This document shows positions 29,403-38,808 of a stretch of 64,000 nucleotides of DNA, piece after piece. Under the pieces are notes generated by a model. It made no database searches, was not told where the DNA came from, and was given only the letters and a program-made list of their open reading frames with translations. This stretch comes from an uncultured delta proteobacterium (GTDB taxonomy: Bacteria > Desulfobacterota > Binatia > Binatales > Binataceae), in the NCBI GenBank assembly GCA_963724765.1, contig CAVRVY010000003.1, positions 320,001 to 384,000 on the forward strand, given 5' to 3'. Each line of letters opens with the position of its first letter. The first letter of the stretch is position 1. The position numbers were made by a program, and so were the translations under genes.

Positions 29403-29957
29403 TCATGATTTCTCGTCCAGCTTTTTTATCCAGTCGGCGGTGTCCATCACTTTACTGAACATCGAGGCTTGCGTGACCAGCACCGAGTTGTGCAAGTCCT
29501 TGTCGGCAACCTTGCCCGAATCGTTTCCGACCGTCAGCGTGCCGGTGGCGTCGGAGAGAAACTCCACTTTGTAGCCGCGATGGAAGCCGTCGCGCGCAGT
29601 GCTGTCGCAGCACATCTGGGTCATGTAGCCGGTCACGGTCAAAGTGTCGACCTGGTTCTCGCGCAACCACTTCTCCAGGTCGGTCCCGGCGAAGCTCGAG
29701 GGCAGGTTTTTATCGACCAGTAAATCGGCGGGCCGGGCCGCGACGTCCTTGTGCAGATTCCACTGTTCGGTTCCGGCCTCGAACACTCCGCGGCCGCCCT
29801 TGGCCGAATGGCGCACCACGACCACGGGGACATGGTGCGCGCGCGCCGAATCCATCGCGTGCAGAATGTTGTCGAGCGATCCCGGCGGATAACTGACCGG
29901 CATTTTGCCGGTGAAATACTCATTTTGTACGTCGATGACCAAGAGCGCGCGTTTCAT
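29403..29957 (-). CDS. Cysteine hydrolase (isochorismatase family)
   Basis: ALLVIDVQNEY, K..PSSF, GYMTQMCCDSTAR; SD AAGGAG. Confidence 0.92.
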   Translation of the reverse strand: MKRALLVIDVQNEYFTGKMPVSYPPGSLDNILHAMDSARAHHVPVVVVRHSAKGGRGVFEAGTEQWNLHKDVAARPADLLVDKNLPSSFAGTDLEKWLRENQVDTLTVTGYMTQMCCDSTARDGFHRGYKVEFLSDATGTLTVGNDSGKVADKDLHNSVLVTQASMFSKVMDTADWIKKLDEKS

Positions 29958-30047
29958 GGCATTTTCTCCTTTTGCATCTCCGGCTTCAGCGCGTGGTAGC
30001 CGCACGCGCGCGGGGTGGCTGGTCGACTCGGACGAGCCGTGCGCGGG

Positions 30048-32345
30048 CTACTTCATCACGCGCCGGGCGAAGCCTCTGCGCCGCCGCCGGGTCTTCTCCT
30101 CTTCCTTCTCGCGCTTTTCGACGATGTCGATCATCGCGAGCTGGCAGTTGTTCTTCGGATCGCCGGCAAGGCGCACGTAGCTGCCATCGGAGCGCATCTC
30201 CCACGCCGCGTGATTGGGCTTGAGCTGCGCCTCGAACACCGCCCGCAGTTCCTTGCGCAGCGTCGGATCCTCGACCGGCGCCACGGCCTCGACCCGGCTC
30301 TCCAAATTGCGTTTCATGCAATCGGCCGAGCCGATGAAATATTCCTCCGCGCCACCGTTGCGGAAGTAGTAGATGCGCCCGTGCTCGAGGAAACGCCCGA
30401 CGATGCTGACCACGCGCACACTTTCGGAGAGGCCGGGGATTCCCGGGCGCAGCCGGCAGGTGTCGCGCACGATCAGATCGATCTTCACTTCGGCCTGCGC
30501 GGCGCGGTAGAGCGCGCGCGTGATGTCGACGTCCTCGAGCGCGTTCATCTTCATTTGAATCAAGCCCGGCGAGCCGGAGCGTTGAAGCTTGATCTCGCGC
30601 TCGATCTTTTCCAGCAAAGCGCGCTTGAGCAGGGCCGGCGCCGGCAAAATTTTCTTGAACGTGCGTCCGGCGCGATAGCCAGTGGTGAGGAAATTGAATA
30701 GCTGCGTCAGGTCGGCCCCGATCGCCTCGTCGTTGGTCAGCAGCCCGAAGTCGGCGTACAGGCGCGCGGTGCCGGCGTGATAGTTGCCGGTGCCGATATG
30801 CGAGTAACGGCGCAGTCCATTGTAATCCTGGCGCACCACCAGGATAACCTTGCAGTGAGTCTTGAGTCCCACCACGCCGTAGGTGACATGGATGCCGTAT
30901 TCCTCGAGCTGCTCGGCGAACCGAATGTTGGCGGCTTCGTCGAAGCGCGCCTTGAGCTCGACCACCACGGCGACCTGCTTGCCGTTGCGAGCCGCGTCGC
31001 ACAGGTAGCCGATCACCTCCGAATCGCTGGAGGTGCGGTAGAGGGTCATCTTGATTGCCCGCACCTTGGGGTCCTCGCTGGCCTCACGCAGAAAGCGTCC
31101 CACCGAGGTCGGAAACGACTCGTACGGATGCATCAGCAGGATCGAGCCGGCATCGCGAATCACGTGAAAGATGTTGCGTGAGGGCGCAAGCCGCGCGTGG
31201 TCCGCCGGATGATGCGGCGGATCGTGCAGCGCCGGATTATCGACCGCGGTCAGCTCCATCAGGTCGCGCATCGCCAACATTCCGGCCTCGATCTCGAACA
31301 CGTCGTCGTGCTCGTCCAGGCCGAGCTCTGCCGCGAGCATCCCACGATGCGCGGGATTCATGCCCCGCACGGCTTCCATCCGGACGATCGGCGCGAACCG
31401 GCGGTCGCGCAACTCGGATTCGATCAGCGCCAGCAGATCGTCCGCCTCGTCCTCGTCGCGCTCCGTGTTGGCGTTGCGAGTGACGCGGAAGAATTCGTAG
31501 CCCTCGATCTTCGCCTCCGGGAAGAGCAGGTCGAGCGTGTGCGCGACCACGTCCTCGAGCGGGACGAAGCGCCGCGTACCATCAACCCGCAGAAAGCGCG
31601 GGATGCCGAGCCCGACCGGCACCTTGACCCGCGCCAGCGAGGGCTCGATGTCGTCGGGAGCGCGCAGCGTGACCAGCAGATTCAGCGAGAGGTTGGAGAT
31701 GAACGGGAACGGATGCGCCGGATCCATCGCTTGCGGCGTCATCAAGGGAAAAATATTGCGCAGGTAATATTCGCGAATGGCGGCCTGTTCGGCCGGCGTC
31801 AGCTCCTCGAAGGAGAGCACGTGGATGTCGCATTCGCCGAGACGCCTGAGCAGCACGGGCAGTAGCGCGCGCTGCTCCGCCTCGAATTCGCGCACCTCGG
31901 CCAGACACTCCGCGATCTGTTGCTGTGGCGTGCGCCCGTCGTCAGTCAGTTCCTGCATCCCGGCAATCGCCTGTTGCTTAAGGCCGCCGATCCGCTTCAT
32001 GAAAAACTCGTCGAGGTTCGATGCGGTGATGGCCAGGAACTTTACCCGCTCGAGCAACGGATTGGCGTCATCCAGCGCCTCGGCGAAAACGCGCCGGTTG
32101 AACGCGAGCCAGGTAAGCTCGCGATTAAGGAACAGTTCGGGCGCCTTGAGATCGGCGTCAATACGTATCGCCGCCGGGACGCCGCCGTTGACACCGTGGA
32201 CTTCCGCGGCTTGCCCGACTTCCACGGCGGATCCGTCACCATTGGCTACGTCGCCGGCCGCACGATCGATGGCCCCGGCCCGCGCCATCGGCGGTTCGGG
32301 TGAGAGCGACTGGAGCGGCTGGACGGGCTCTGTTTGACTCGCCAT
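30048..32345 (-). CDS. ppk1: Polyphosphate kinase 1
   Basis: NRELTWLAFNRRV, HPYESF, IKMTLYRT, ELKARFDE, HIGTGNY, GRFLEH. Confidence 0.97.
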   Translation of the reverse strand: MASQTEPVQPLQSLSPEPPMARAGAIDRAAGDVANGDGSAVEVGQAAEVHGVNGGVPAAIRIDADLKAPELFLNRELTWLAFNRRVFAEALDDANPLLERVKFLAITASNLDEFFMKRIGGLKQQAIAGMQELTDDGRTPQQQIAECLAEVREFEAEQRALLPVLLRRLGECDIHVLSFEELTPAEQAAIREYYLRNIFPLMTPQAMDPAHPFPFISNLSLNLLVTLRAPDDIEPSLARVKVPVGLGIPRFLRVDGTRRFVPLEDVVAHTLDLLFPEAKIEGYEFFRVTRNANTERDEDEADDLLALIESELRDRRFAPIVRMEAVRGMNPAHRGMLAAELGLDEHDDVFEIEAGMLAMRDLMELTAVDNPALHDPPHHPADHARLAPSRNIFHVIRDAGSILLMHPYESFPTSVGRFLREASEDPKVRAIKMTLYRTSSDSEVIGYLCDAARNGKQVAVVVELKARFDEAANIRFAEQLEEYGIHVTYGVVGLKTHCKVILVVRQDYNGLRRYSHIGTGNYHAGTARLYADFGLLTNDEAIGADLTQLFNFLTTGYRAGRTFKKILPAPALLKRALLEKIEREIKLQRSGSPGLIQMKMNALEDVDITRALYRAAQAEVKIDLIVRDTCRLRPGIPGLSESVRVVSIVGRFLEHGRIYYFRNGGAEEYFIGSADCMKRNLESRVEAVAPVEDPTLRKELRAVFEAQLKPNHAAWEMRSDGSYVRLAGDPKNNCQLAMIDIVEKREKEEEKTRRRRRGFARRVMK

Positions 32346-32579
32346 AAGTGCAGTCTACGTCAATTCCACCCCGCTTCGGAATGAGGGTAGCCCGGACACG
32401 GTGGAGGCTTCAACCGGGAACGGTTACGGCTCCTTTACGGTTGCTGGACTCAAATTTGCCCGGTAACGCTTAATTTTTCGGCAGGTTTTTCGGCAAGTCC
32501 TCGCGGAAAACCCGCGCTCGACGTTAGACCTCTATAGGCCAGTCGCACTATAAATGTTCCGGCAAACGAGCTTGCTGCA

Positions 32580-33935
32580 ATGAGTTTTTTATCGTCCAAA
32601 CTTGGCCTGCGTTTGACGGTTGCCCTCGTCATCGCCCTGCGCATGGCGATATCCGACGGCTTGGCCGCCGCCGCGGAAAGCGGCGGAGCGCCGGCCCCCA
32701 CGATACCCGAGGGCACCGTGATAACCGGTGCGAACTGGCGGCGGTACGCGAGCTTCATGCCGGCAGGGATGCAGGCGATGTTCGCCGGCGATCATTTCTG
32801 GCGGATGCCGTCTGACGTGCGGATCGAGATCGGGCCCACCATCCCGATCTCGCTGCCCCGTCGATATCTCGATGACACGGCCAGTTACGCGAAACAGGTA
32901 ACGCTTACGCAGGCGGCGGAAGGCGGCTACGTCCCGGCCGGGTACGTCGCCGGCATTCCGTTCCCGCAGCCGGAGAAGGATCCGGTGCTGGCGCCTTACG
33001 AGATCTTTTACGACACCTACTACCATTACACACCGCGGCTGCAGCAAAACTTGTCCTGCAACTACATCGCTGATTCCTACGGAAACTTCACCCAGTCCGA
33101 GACCGCCGACTCGGTCTATTCGCAGCTCGCGCATCTGAGCGACGCGGGCTTTCCGCAGACCGTGCCGGATTCGATCGGATACTCACTGGTCAAGTATTAC
33201 CAGCAACTCTCGCCCGAGCAGGGAAAGTACACTACCAGCCTCGACATCAGCTATACCGATGTCACGCGGGTCGATGATATCTATATGTACCTGCCGTCGG
33301 CTCGCAGGCCGCTTCGCATGTCGGAGGCGTCACGCTGCGCGCCGCTTCCGGGCGGCGACTTCACCTTCGAGGAATCCAACAACGGACCGCCTTCGCTGCC
33401 GCAGGAATACAAAATCACTTACACCGGCAGCAGAAGGATGATGGTGCTGGCGCACGCGGATCCGAAAGTCTTCGAAAGCTGCGGCACGGCGATGAGCCCT
33501 CCACAGGATTACTTTTATTCCGGGGACAAGGGCGTACTGCCGTGGCCGCGGCCGGCGCTCGGCAGATGGGAAATGCGGGAGGTATACGTAATCGAGATGC
33601 GCAGGCTGCCGACCTATGCCAGTGGCTATTGCTACAGCCGGCGGATTATTTACGTGGACAAGGAGACGCTATTTCCGCTTGCGATCGACCTTTACGATCC
33701 AGCCGGCGCTCTGTACAAATTCTGGGGAGGCTTTCAAACTCCGCTTCGCGTGCCGGACACCGGAACGGCCCTGGGTGTAAACGGCGCCATCGAGTTACTG
33801 ATCGTAAATTTCAAAGACAAGCACATGACCATGTCCACGGCGGGGCACCCGTGCTTCAACACGGACTGCAATGCGCAGTACCTCGACGCCAGGCGTTACG
33901 CCAGTCCTGACGGGCTGAACAAGATCGCGCAATGA
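32580..33935 (+). CDS. DUF1329 domain secreted protein
   Basis: Signal peptide; ITGANWRRYASFMPAG, YVAGIPFPQP, YLPSARR, YCYSRRIIYVD. Confidence 0.85.
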   Translation: MSFLSSKLGLRLTVALVIALRMAISDGLAAAAESGGAPAPTIPEGTVITGANWRRYASFMPAGMQAMFAGDHFWRMPSDVRIEIGPTIPISLPRRYLDDTASYAKQVTLTQAAEGGYVPAGYVAGIPFPQPEKDPVLAPYEIFYDTYYHYTPRLQQNLSCNYIADSYGNFTQSETADSVYSQLAHLSDAGFPQTVPDSIGYSLVKYYQQLSPEQGKYTTSLDISYTDVTRVDDIYMYLPSARRPLRMSEASRCAPLPGGDFTFEESNNGPPSLPQEYKITYTGSRRMMVLAHADPKVFESCGTAMSPPQDYFYSGDKGVLPWPRPALGRWEMREVYVIEMRRLPTYASGYCYSRRIIYVDKETLFPLAIDLYDPAGALYKFWGGFQTPLRVPDTGTALGVNGAIELLIVNFKDKHMTMSTAGHPCFNTDCNAQYLDARRYASPDGLNKIAQ

Positions 33936-34022
33936 GCCCGCGCCGTTTGCGCGCGCAGACGCGGCTGTTGCAAGATGGCCTGACGGCGACCCCGAGGCCG
34001 GCGCCAAACCGAGGAGAAACCA

Positions 34023-35474
34023 GTGGGCATGAAGGTTGGATCCCCCAGCAGGGAGCGATTGATTTTGCTCCCGTTTATGTTTGCCGCAATTGTCGCAGTT
34101 ATCGCGCTCGGCGCCTCGCGCGCCGCGGCGCAGAACTACAAGAACTACACGCGCGCGACGGTCGATCAATGGATGAGCAAGTATGCCGATGCCAAGCCCG
34201 ACTTCAAGCCGGGAGACGTCCTGGGTAGCAAGGACCTTGAGCGGGTTCGCCCGTTCGTGCCGCCCGGATGGTTCGAGCAGCTCAACTTCCCGGAATTCAA
34301 GATGGAGATCATGGCGGCGCGCAGCCACATGCCGCGCAAGGACTTCCAGGAGTGCACCGAGAAATACCAGGCGCAGGTCACGCTCAACCCTGACGGATCA
34401 CTGGCGAACTACGTTTGCGGGCAGCCGTTTCCCAACGCCTCTCTGAGCACTTCGGATGCGCTCTCGGGAATCAAAGCGGCGTGGAATTTCGACTTTCGAT
34501 GGCAGAACTACGGCGAGTTCTCGCTCAACTATCTCTTCATCGTCGCGCACTTCGGCGGCAATCACGACGGCGAGGCACCCACACTGATCGAGTCGCCGCC
34601 CTCGAACTGGGTCGGGGGCGTCGAGTATCACAGCAAGCTGCCCACCGATGCGAGTAAGTTTTTCGGCGGCGGCGGCACCTTCGCCCGCACTTTGAGCAGC
34701 TTCTATCGGCGGGTTTATTTCAGCCATCTCGCCCAGCGTGCGGACAACCATGGACTGCTGGGCACGCCCGACTCGGCTCAATTTCTGTGGAAGGAATTCA
34801 GCGGCTTCTTCTCGCCCTACGACGTGCGCGGCCAGGTGTTCATCACCTACCGCTATGCCGACCCGCATCGCGCCGACGATGCCTGGGCTTACGATCCGCA
34901 GTCGCGCCGCGTCCGACGCGTCTCGGTCGAGGTCAAATCCGACTCGGTCGAAGGCACCGACACCACCGAGGAGGATTTTTACACTTTCTCGGGCCGCGAG
35001 CTGCACTGGCATTGGAAGTTCCTCGGCTGGAAGGACTTGCTGGCGGTGATGGACTCGCGCGACGATTACGCTCATCTGTTTGGCCCCAACGGAGAAATTC
35101 CCAACGACCGCTGGTCGGTGCGGCGCTTCACGGTGGTCGAACGTACTCCGGTCGAGACTCATCATCCCTACAGCAGCGTCGTGATGTTCTGGGACGCCGA
35201 GAACTGGCACCCGTGGATGGCGCTGGCGTTCAACCGCGAAGGCAAACTATGGAAGCTGTGGGAGCTCGAAAACCGCTGGACCGAGGATTTCCGAAATTTC
35301 GCCGAGATTAACCATGGGGTGGAGTCGACCATGCTGGTCGGAGAGGATGTCGTCGACCTGCAAAACGATCGTGCGACGATATTCGCCGGCTACGGCAGCG
35401 GCTATCCCAATGCGGTGCCGGCCAACGTTACTCAGCTCTTCGACATCAGTAAATTGGAGGAGATGCATCGCTGA
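34023..35474 (+). CDS. DUF1329 domain secreted protein
   Basis: Signal peptide; NYVCGQPFP, KAAWNF, DDAWAYDPQSRRVRRV, HPYS; SD GAGGAG. Confidence 0.85.
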   Translation: MGMKVGSPSRERLILLPFMFAAIVAVIALGASRAAAQNYKNYTRATVDQWMSKYADAKPDFKPGDVLGSKDLERVRPFVPPGWFEQLNFPEFKMEIMAARSHMPRKDFQECTEKYQAQVTLNPDGSLANYVCGQPFPNASLSTSDALSGIKAAWNFDFRWQNYGEFSLNYLFIVAHFGGNHDGEAPTLIESPPSNWVGGVEYHSKLPTDASKFFGGGGTFARTLSSFYRRVYFSHLAQRADNHGLLGTPDSAQFLWKEFSGFFSPYDVRGQVFITYRYADPHRADDAWAYDPQSRRVRRVSVEVKSDSVEGTDTTEEDFYTFSGRELHWHWKFLGWKDLLAVMDSRDDYAHLFGPNGEIPNDRWSVRRFTVVERTPVETHHPYSSVVMFWDAENWHPWMALAFNREGKLWKLWELENRWTEDFRNFAEINHGVESTMLVGEDVVDLQNDRATIFAGYGSGYPNAVPANVTQLFDISKLEEMHR

Positions 35475-35516
35475 CGTCCGCGTGCCGCCGCCGCGGACCC
35501 CGAAGACCGCCGCCGG

Positions 35517-36314
35517 CTACGGCTTGGCGGCGGCTTTGCGCCGGCGGTACTTCTCCACCATGTAGGCGCCGGCCGCTACCGCCCCGCCGTCAATCACCAG
35601 TACCGCGCCTGAAATGTACGACGACTCGGGCGAGGCCAGGAACGCCGCCGCGTGCGCGACTTCCTCGACTCGCCCGAAGCGATTGATAGGGCTGTGATTG
35701 GCACGTTCCTCGTAAGCCTCCTTCGACCACGCCGCACGCACCATCTCGGTGTCAATCGGCCCCGGGGCAATCGCGTTGGCGGTGATCCCATAATCCGCGA
35801 GCTCAAACGCCATCGCACGAGTCAGTGCGATGATGCCGGATTTGGCCACGCCATAGGGCGCGAGATCCAGCGGCCCCATCAGGCCCGCCACCGACGCCAT
35901 CGAAACGATCCGGCCATACTTGCGCCGCACCATCTCGCGCGCCGCCGCTTGCGAGCAATAGAACGCACCCGACAGATGCACTCGCAAGTGGTTCTCCCAG
36001 TTCTCGGGGCTGACTTCCAGGAAGGGTTCGCTCTTCGCCACGCCGGCGTTGTTCACCATGATGTCAACTCGGCCGAGCGCGCGCGCCGCGTCGGCGACCC
36101 ATCGCTGCGCCTGGAGGCAATCGCTAATATCGACCTCGCGGAAAAAGGTTCGGCGGCCGAGCGCCGCGATTTCCTCCGCCGTAGTACGCGCCGACTCCGC
36201 GTCGATTTCGGCAAAAGCGATGTCCGCACCCTCGCGTGCGAAGGCGAGCGCGATAGCTTTGCCGATTCCCCGTCCGGCGCCGGTAATCAACGCCACCTGG
36301 TCTTTGAATCGCAT
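35517..36314 (-). CDS. SDR family oxidoreductase
   Basis: TGAGRGIG, NNAG, YGVAK catalytic motif. Confidence 0.95.
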   Translation of the reverse strand: MRFKDQVALITGAGRGIGKAIALAFAREGADIAFAEIDAESARTTAEEIAALGRRTFFREVDISDCLQAQRWVADAARALGRVDIMVNNAGVAKSEPFLEVSPENWENHLRVHLSGAFYCSQAAAREMVRRKYGRIVSMASVAGLMGPLDLAPYGVAKSGIIALTRAMAFELADYGITANAIAPGPIDTEMVRAAWSKEAYEERANHSPINRFGRVEEVAHAAAFLASPESSYISGAVLVIDGGAVAAGAYMVEKYRRRKAAAKP

Positions 36315-36405
36315 CGAGGCACCTCCATCTAGATGATGCGGCAATCGTCAGGCGGATCGCCTCCGCAGCGCGGCGGCCGCTCGCCCGCGCGCGGATTCCC
36401 GGACC

Positions 36406-37398
36406 TTAACTGGCGAGCCGGGCGCGATCGTGCGGCGCGGCAAAGTCGATCGCCGGGCCCTTGGGCACGATACGCGTTGGATTGATCATCGCGTGGCTCG
36501 CGTAATAGTGACGCTTGATATGCGCCAGGTTGACCGTCTGGGCGACGCCGGGCGTCTGGTAGAGGTCGCGCGCGTAACCCCACAGATTCGGGTAGTCAAT
36601 GATGCGGCGCAAGTTGCATTTGAAGTGGCTATAGTAAACCGCGTCGAAACGTACCAGCGTGGTGAACAGCCGCCAGTCAGCCTCCGTCGGGCGGGCGCCA
36701 AGGAGATAGCGCTGACGCGCCAGGCGCTGTTCGAGCCGGTCCAGCGTCGCGAACAGCGGGTCGAAGGCCGCCTCGTAGGCCTCCTGCGTTTTGGCGAAGC
36801 CGCACTTGTAGACGCCGTTGTTGACGGTGTCGTAGATGACCGCGTTGAGTTCGTCGATCTCCGCGCGCTCAGCCTGCGGATAGAGGTCGCCGCCCGCCGC
36901 GCCCAACGCGTTGAACGCTGAATTGAGCATCCGGATTATCTCGGACGATTCGTTGTTGACGACGGTCGTGGTCTCGCGGTCCCACAACACCGGGACCGTG
37001 ACGCGCCCGGTATAGTCGCGCCGGGCCAGCGTGTAAATCTCGTGCAGGTAGCGTGCGCCGTTGAGATCGTCGCGCGTTGCGCCGGGTGTGAGCGAACCGT
37101 CCGGTGCGCTGAAGGCCCATCCGTCATCGCCCATGAACGGATCTACCACCGACACCGTGATAGCGTCGTCGAGTCTCTTCAACCTGCGCACGATAAGCGT
37201 ACGATGAGCCCACGGGCAGGCGAGCGATACGTACAAGTGATAGCGCCCGCGTTCCGCCTTGAAGCCGCCCTCGCCGCTCGGCCCGGGGCGGCCGTCGGCC
37301 GTCACCCAGCTTCTGAAGACTGTTTGCGGACGGACGAAATTGGCTCCCGCCGAGCGAAGGTCATCGCGTTGCCACTGGCCATCGACCATCGTTCCCAT
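36406..37398 (-). CDS. yqjG: Glutathionyl-hydroquinone reductase (YqjG/ECM4, GST Xi class)
   Basis: YHLYVSLACPWAHR, VTVPVLWD, VNNESSEI, NNGVYKCGFA, HFKCN. Confidence 0.92.
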   Translation of the reverse strand: MGTMVDGQWQRDDLRSAGANFVRPQTVFRSWVTADGRPGPSGEGGFKAERGRYHLYVSLACPWAHRTLIVRRLKRLDDAITVSVVDPFMGDDGWAFSAPDGSLTPGATRDDLNGARYLHEIYTLARRDYTGRVTVPVLWDRETTTVVNNESSEIIRMLNSAFNALGAAGGDLYPQAERAEIDELNAVIYDTVNNGVYKCGFAKTQEAYEAAFDPLFATLDRLEQRLARQRYLLGARPTEADWRLFTTLVRFDAVYYSHFKCNLRRIIDYPNLWGYARDLYQTPGVAQTVNLAHIKRHYYASHAMINPTRIVPKGPAIDFAAPHDRARLAS

Positions 37399-37460
37399 AG
37401 CAGACTCCTTGCGTGTCCATCGCGGACTCCTTGCATACGGCTGAGCAATGCTCCGATGAT

Positions 37461-38339
37461 ATGCTGGTGGGGCAAAATCTCACAAACGCAAGTCTCAAGG
37501 ACCTCCAGGCGTTGCTCTACCGGCTTATCACCGCGCCCGAGGGCGTAACCGCGGGCCTCGCCGCCGAGCGCGCGCGTGTGCCGGCGGTGCTCGACGATTT
37601 GGACCATCTGATTGAAAGCGACGATCGTCTCTCGGCGGCCGAGCGGCTTGAGATTTACGCCAACGCCTATTTCTACCGCATCCTGGACTGTTTGAAGGAG
37701 GATTTTCCGGCGACGCTCGTCACGCTCGGCGCCGACAACTTCCACAACCTGATCACCGGCTATCTAATCGAGTATCCACCGACCGAACCTTCAATCTCCT
37801 GTGCCGGCCGCTACCTGGCCGAGTTCCTGCGCCGCCGTCCAATGCGGGGGATGATCGAACGATGGCCATTCATCGCCGACTTGGCGCGGCTGGAGCGGAC
37901 ACTGATCGAAGTCTTTCAGGCTGCGGAGGCCGAACCCCTGAGCGCCGAGACGATGCGTTCGGTCGCGCTTGATGATTGGCCGGCGCTCGCGATGCGAACG
38001 CATCCGGCGCTCGCGATCGTCGATTGCGAATGGCGCGTGGACGAGCTACTGCGCGAAGTCGAAGCCGCCGCCGAAACTGATAGGCCCCGTGGCGCGCCCA
38101 CACATGCGCCGGTCAGCGTGCTGGTGTGGCGGCATGACTCGCGTGTCCATTACCGCGCACTGGAGCGCCCGGAGCGCGCGGCGCTCGAAGTCGCGAGCGT
38201 GGGGGCAAGTTTCGCGGCGATCTGTGAGGCGGTTGGCGCTGCATTCGGCAAGAACGATCCGCTTGCCCCGGTTGCGCTTATCAACCGGATGCTTGAACGA
38301 TGGATCGTCGACGGCCTGCTCGTCGTGGCGGACAAGTGA
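37461..38339 (+). CDS. DUF2063 / putative DNA-binding-domain protein (HvfC/BufC-like partner of DUF692 enzymes)
   Basis: LSAAERLEIYANAYFYRILDCLKEDFPAT...FIADLARLE. Confidence 0.8.
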   Translation: MLVGQNLTNASLKDLQALLYRLITAPEGVTAGLAAERARVPAVLDDLDHLIESDDRLSAAERLEIYANAYFYRILDCLKEDFPATLVTLGADNFHNLITGYLIEYPPTEPSISCAGRYLAEFLRRRPMRGMIERWPFIADLARLERTLIEVFQAAEAEPLSAETMRSVALDDWPALAMRTHPALAIVDCEWRVDELLREVEAAAETDRPRGAPTHAPVSVLVWRHDSRVHYRALERPERAALEVASVGASFAAICEAVGAAFGKNDPLAPVALINRMLERWIVDGLLVVADK

Positions 38340-38397
38340 CCCGGCTGACTTTACCTGCGGCGAGCGCGGCTTCGGTACGAGCGTTTAGGAGCGCCGT

Positions 38398-38601
38398 CTA
38401 AGACGGCTCGCCCCGCAACTGCGGGTTCTCCAAGAGTTTGTAGCTGACGAGGTCGGTCGGCGTACCTTCCTCGAGATTACGTAGCCGGAAGTATGGCCCG
38501 TCCATCCCTCCGGCCGACCTCACGCTGACCACCTCGTGAAGCCTGCCGCGAAAGATCACACGGCTACCCGGCAGCATCCTTATCGCTGTATGCTTCTCCA
38601 T
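38398..38601 (-). CDS. Small hypothetical protein, 67 aa
   Basis: Strong SD GGAGGAG before MEKHTAIRMLPGSRVIFRG; beta-strand pattern. Confidence 0.55.
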   Translation of the reverse strand: MEKHTAIRMLPGSRVIFRGRLHEVVSVRSAGGMDGPYFRLRNLEEGTPTDLVSYKLLENPQLRGEPS

Positions 38602-38772
38602 CGTGGCTACTCCTCCCGCCCCCTTTGAGCTCACCACCACCCGGCCTGCTTAGCTGATAGTTCAGCAAATATTTGACCGGAACTCACATGTCAAGGTTCG
38701 CGATCCTGTAGTGAGCATCATGCACGCGGTCTTCGTTCTTGCGCGGTACTCTTGACATGGCGGCGGCTCTGT

Positions 38773-38783
38773 TGGTCCAACCA
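38773..38783. promoter_or_regulatory. Putative FadR-subfamily GntR operator (TGGT-N3-ACCA)
   Basis: TGGTCCAACCA, 15 nt after TTGACA (38752) and 25 nt upstream of the TPP-enzyme start. Confidence 0.4.
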
Positions 38784-38808
38784 TTTCAACGAGGAGAGTT
38801 TGAGCGAT

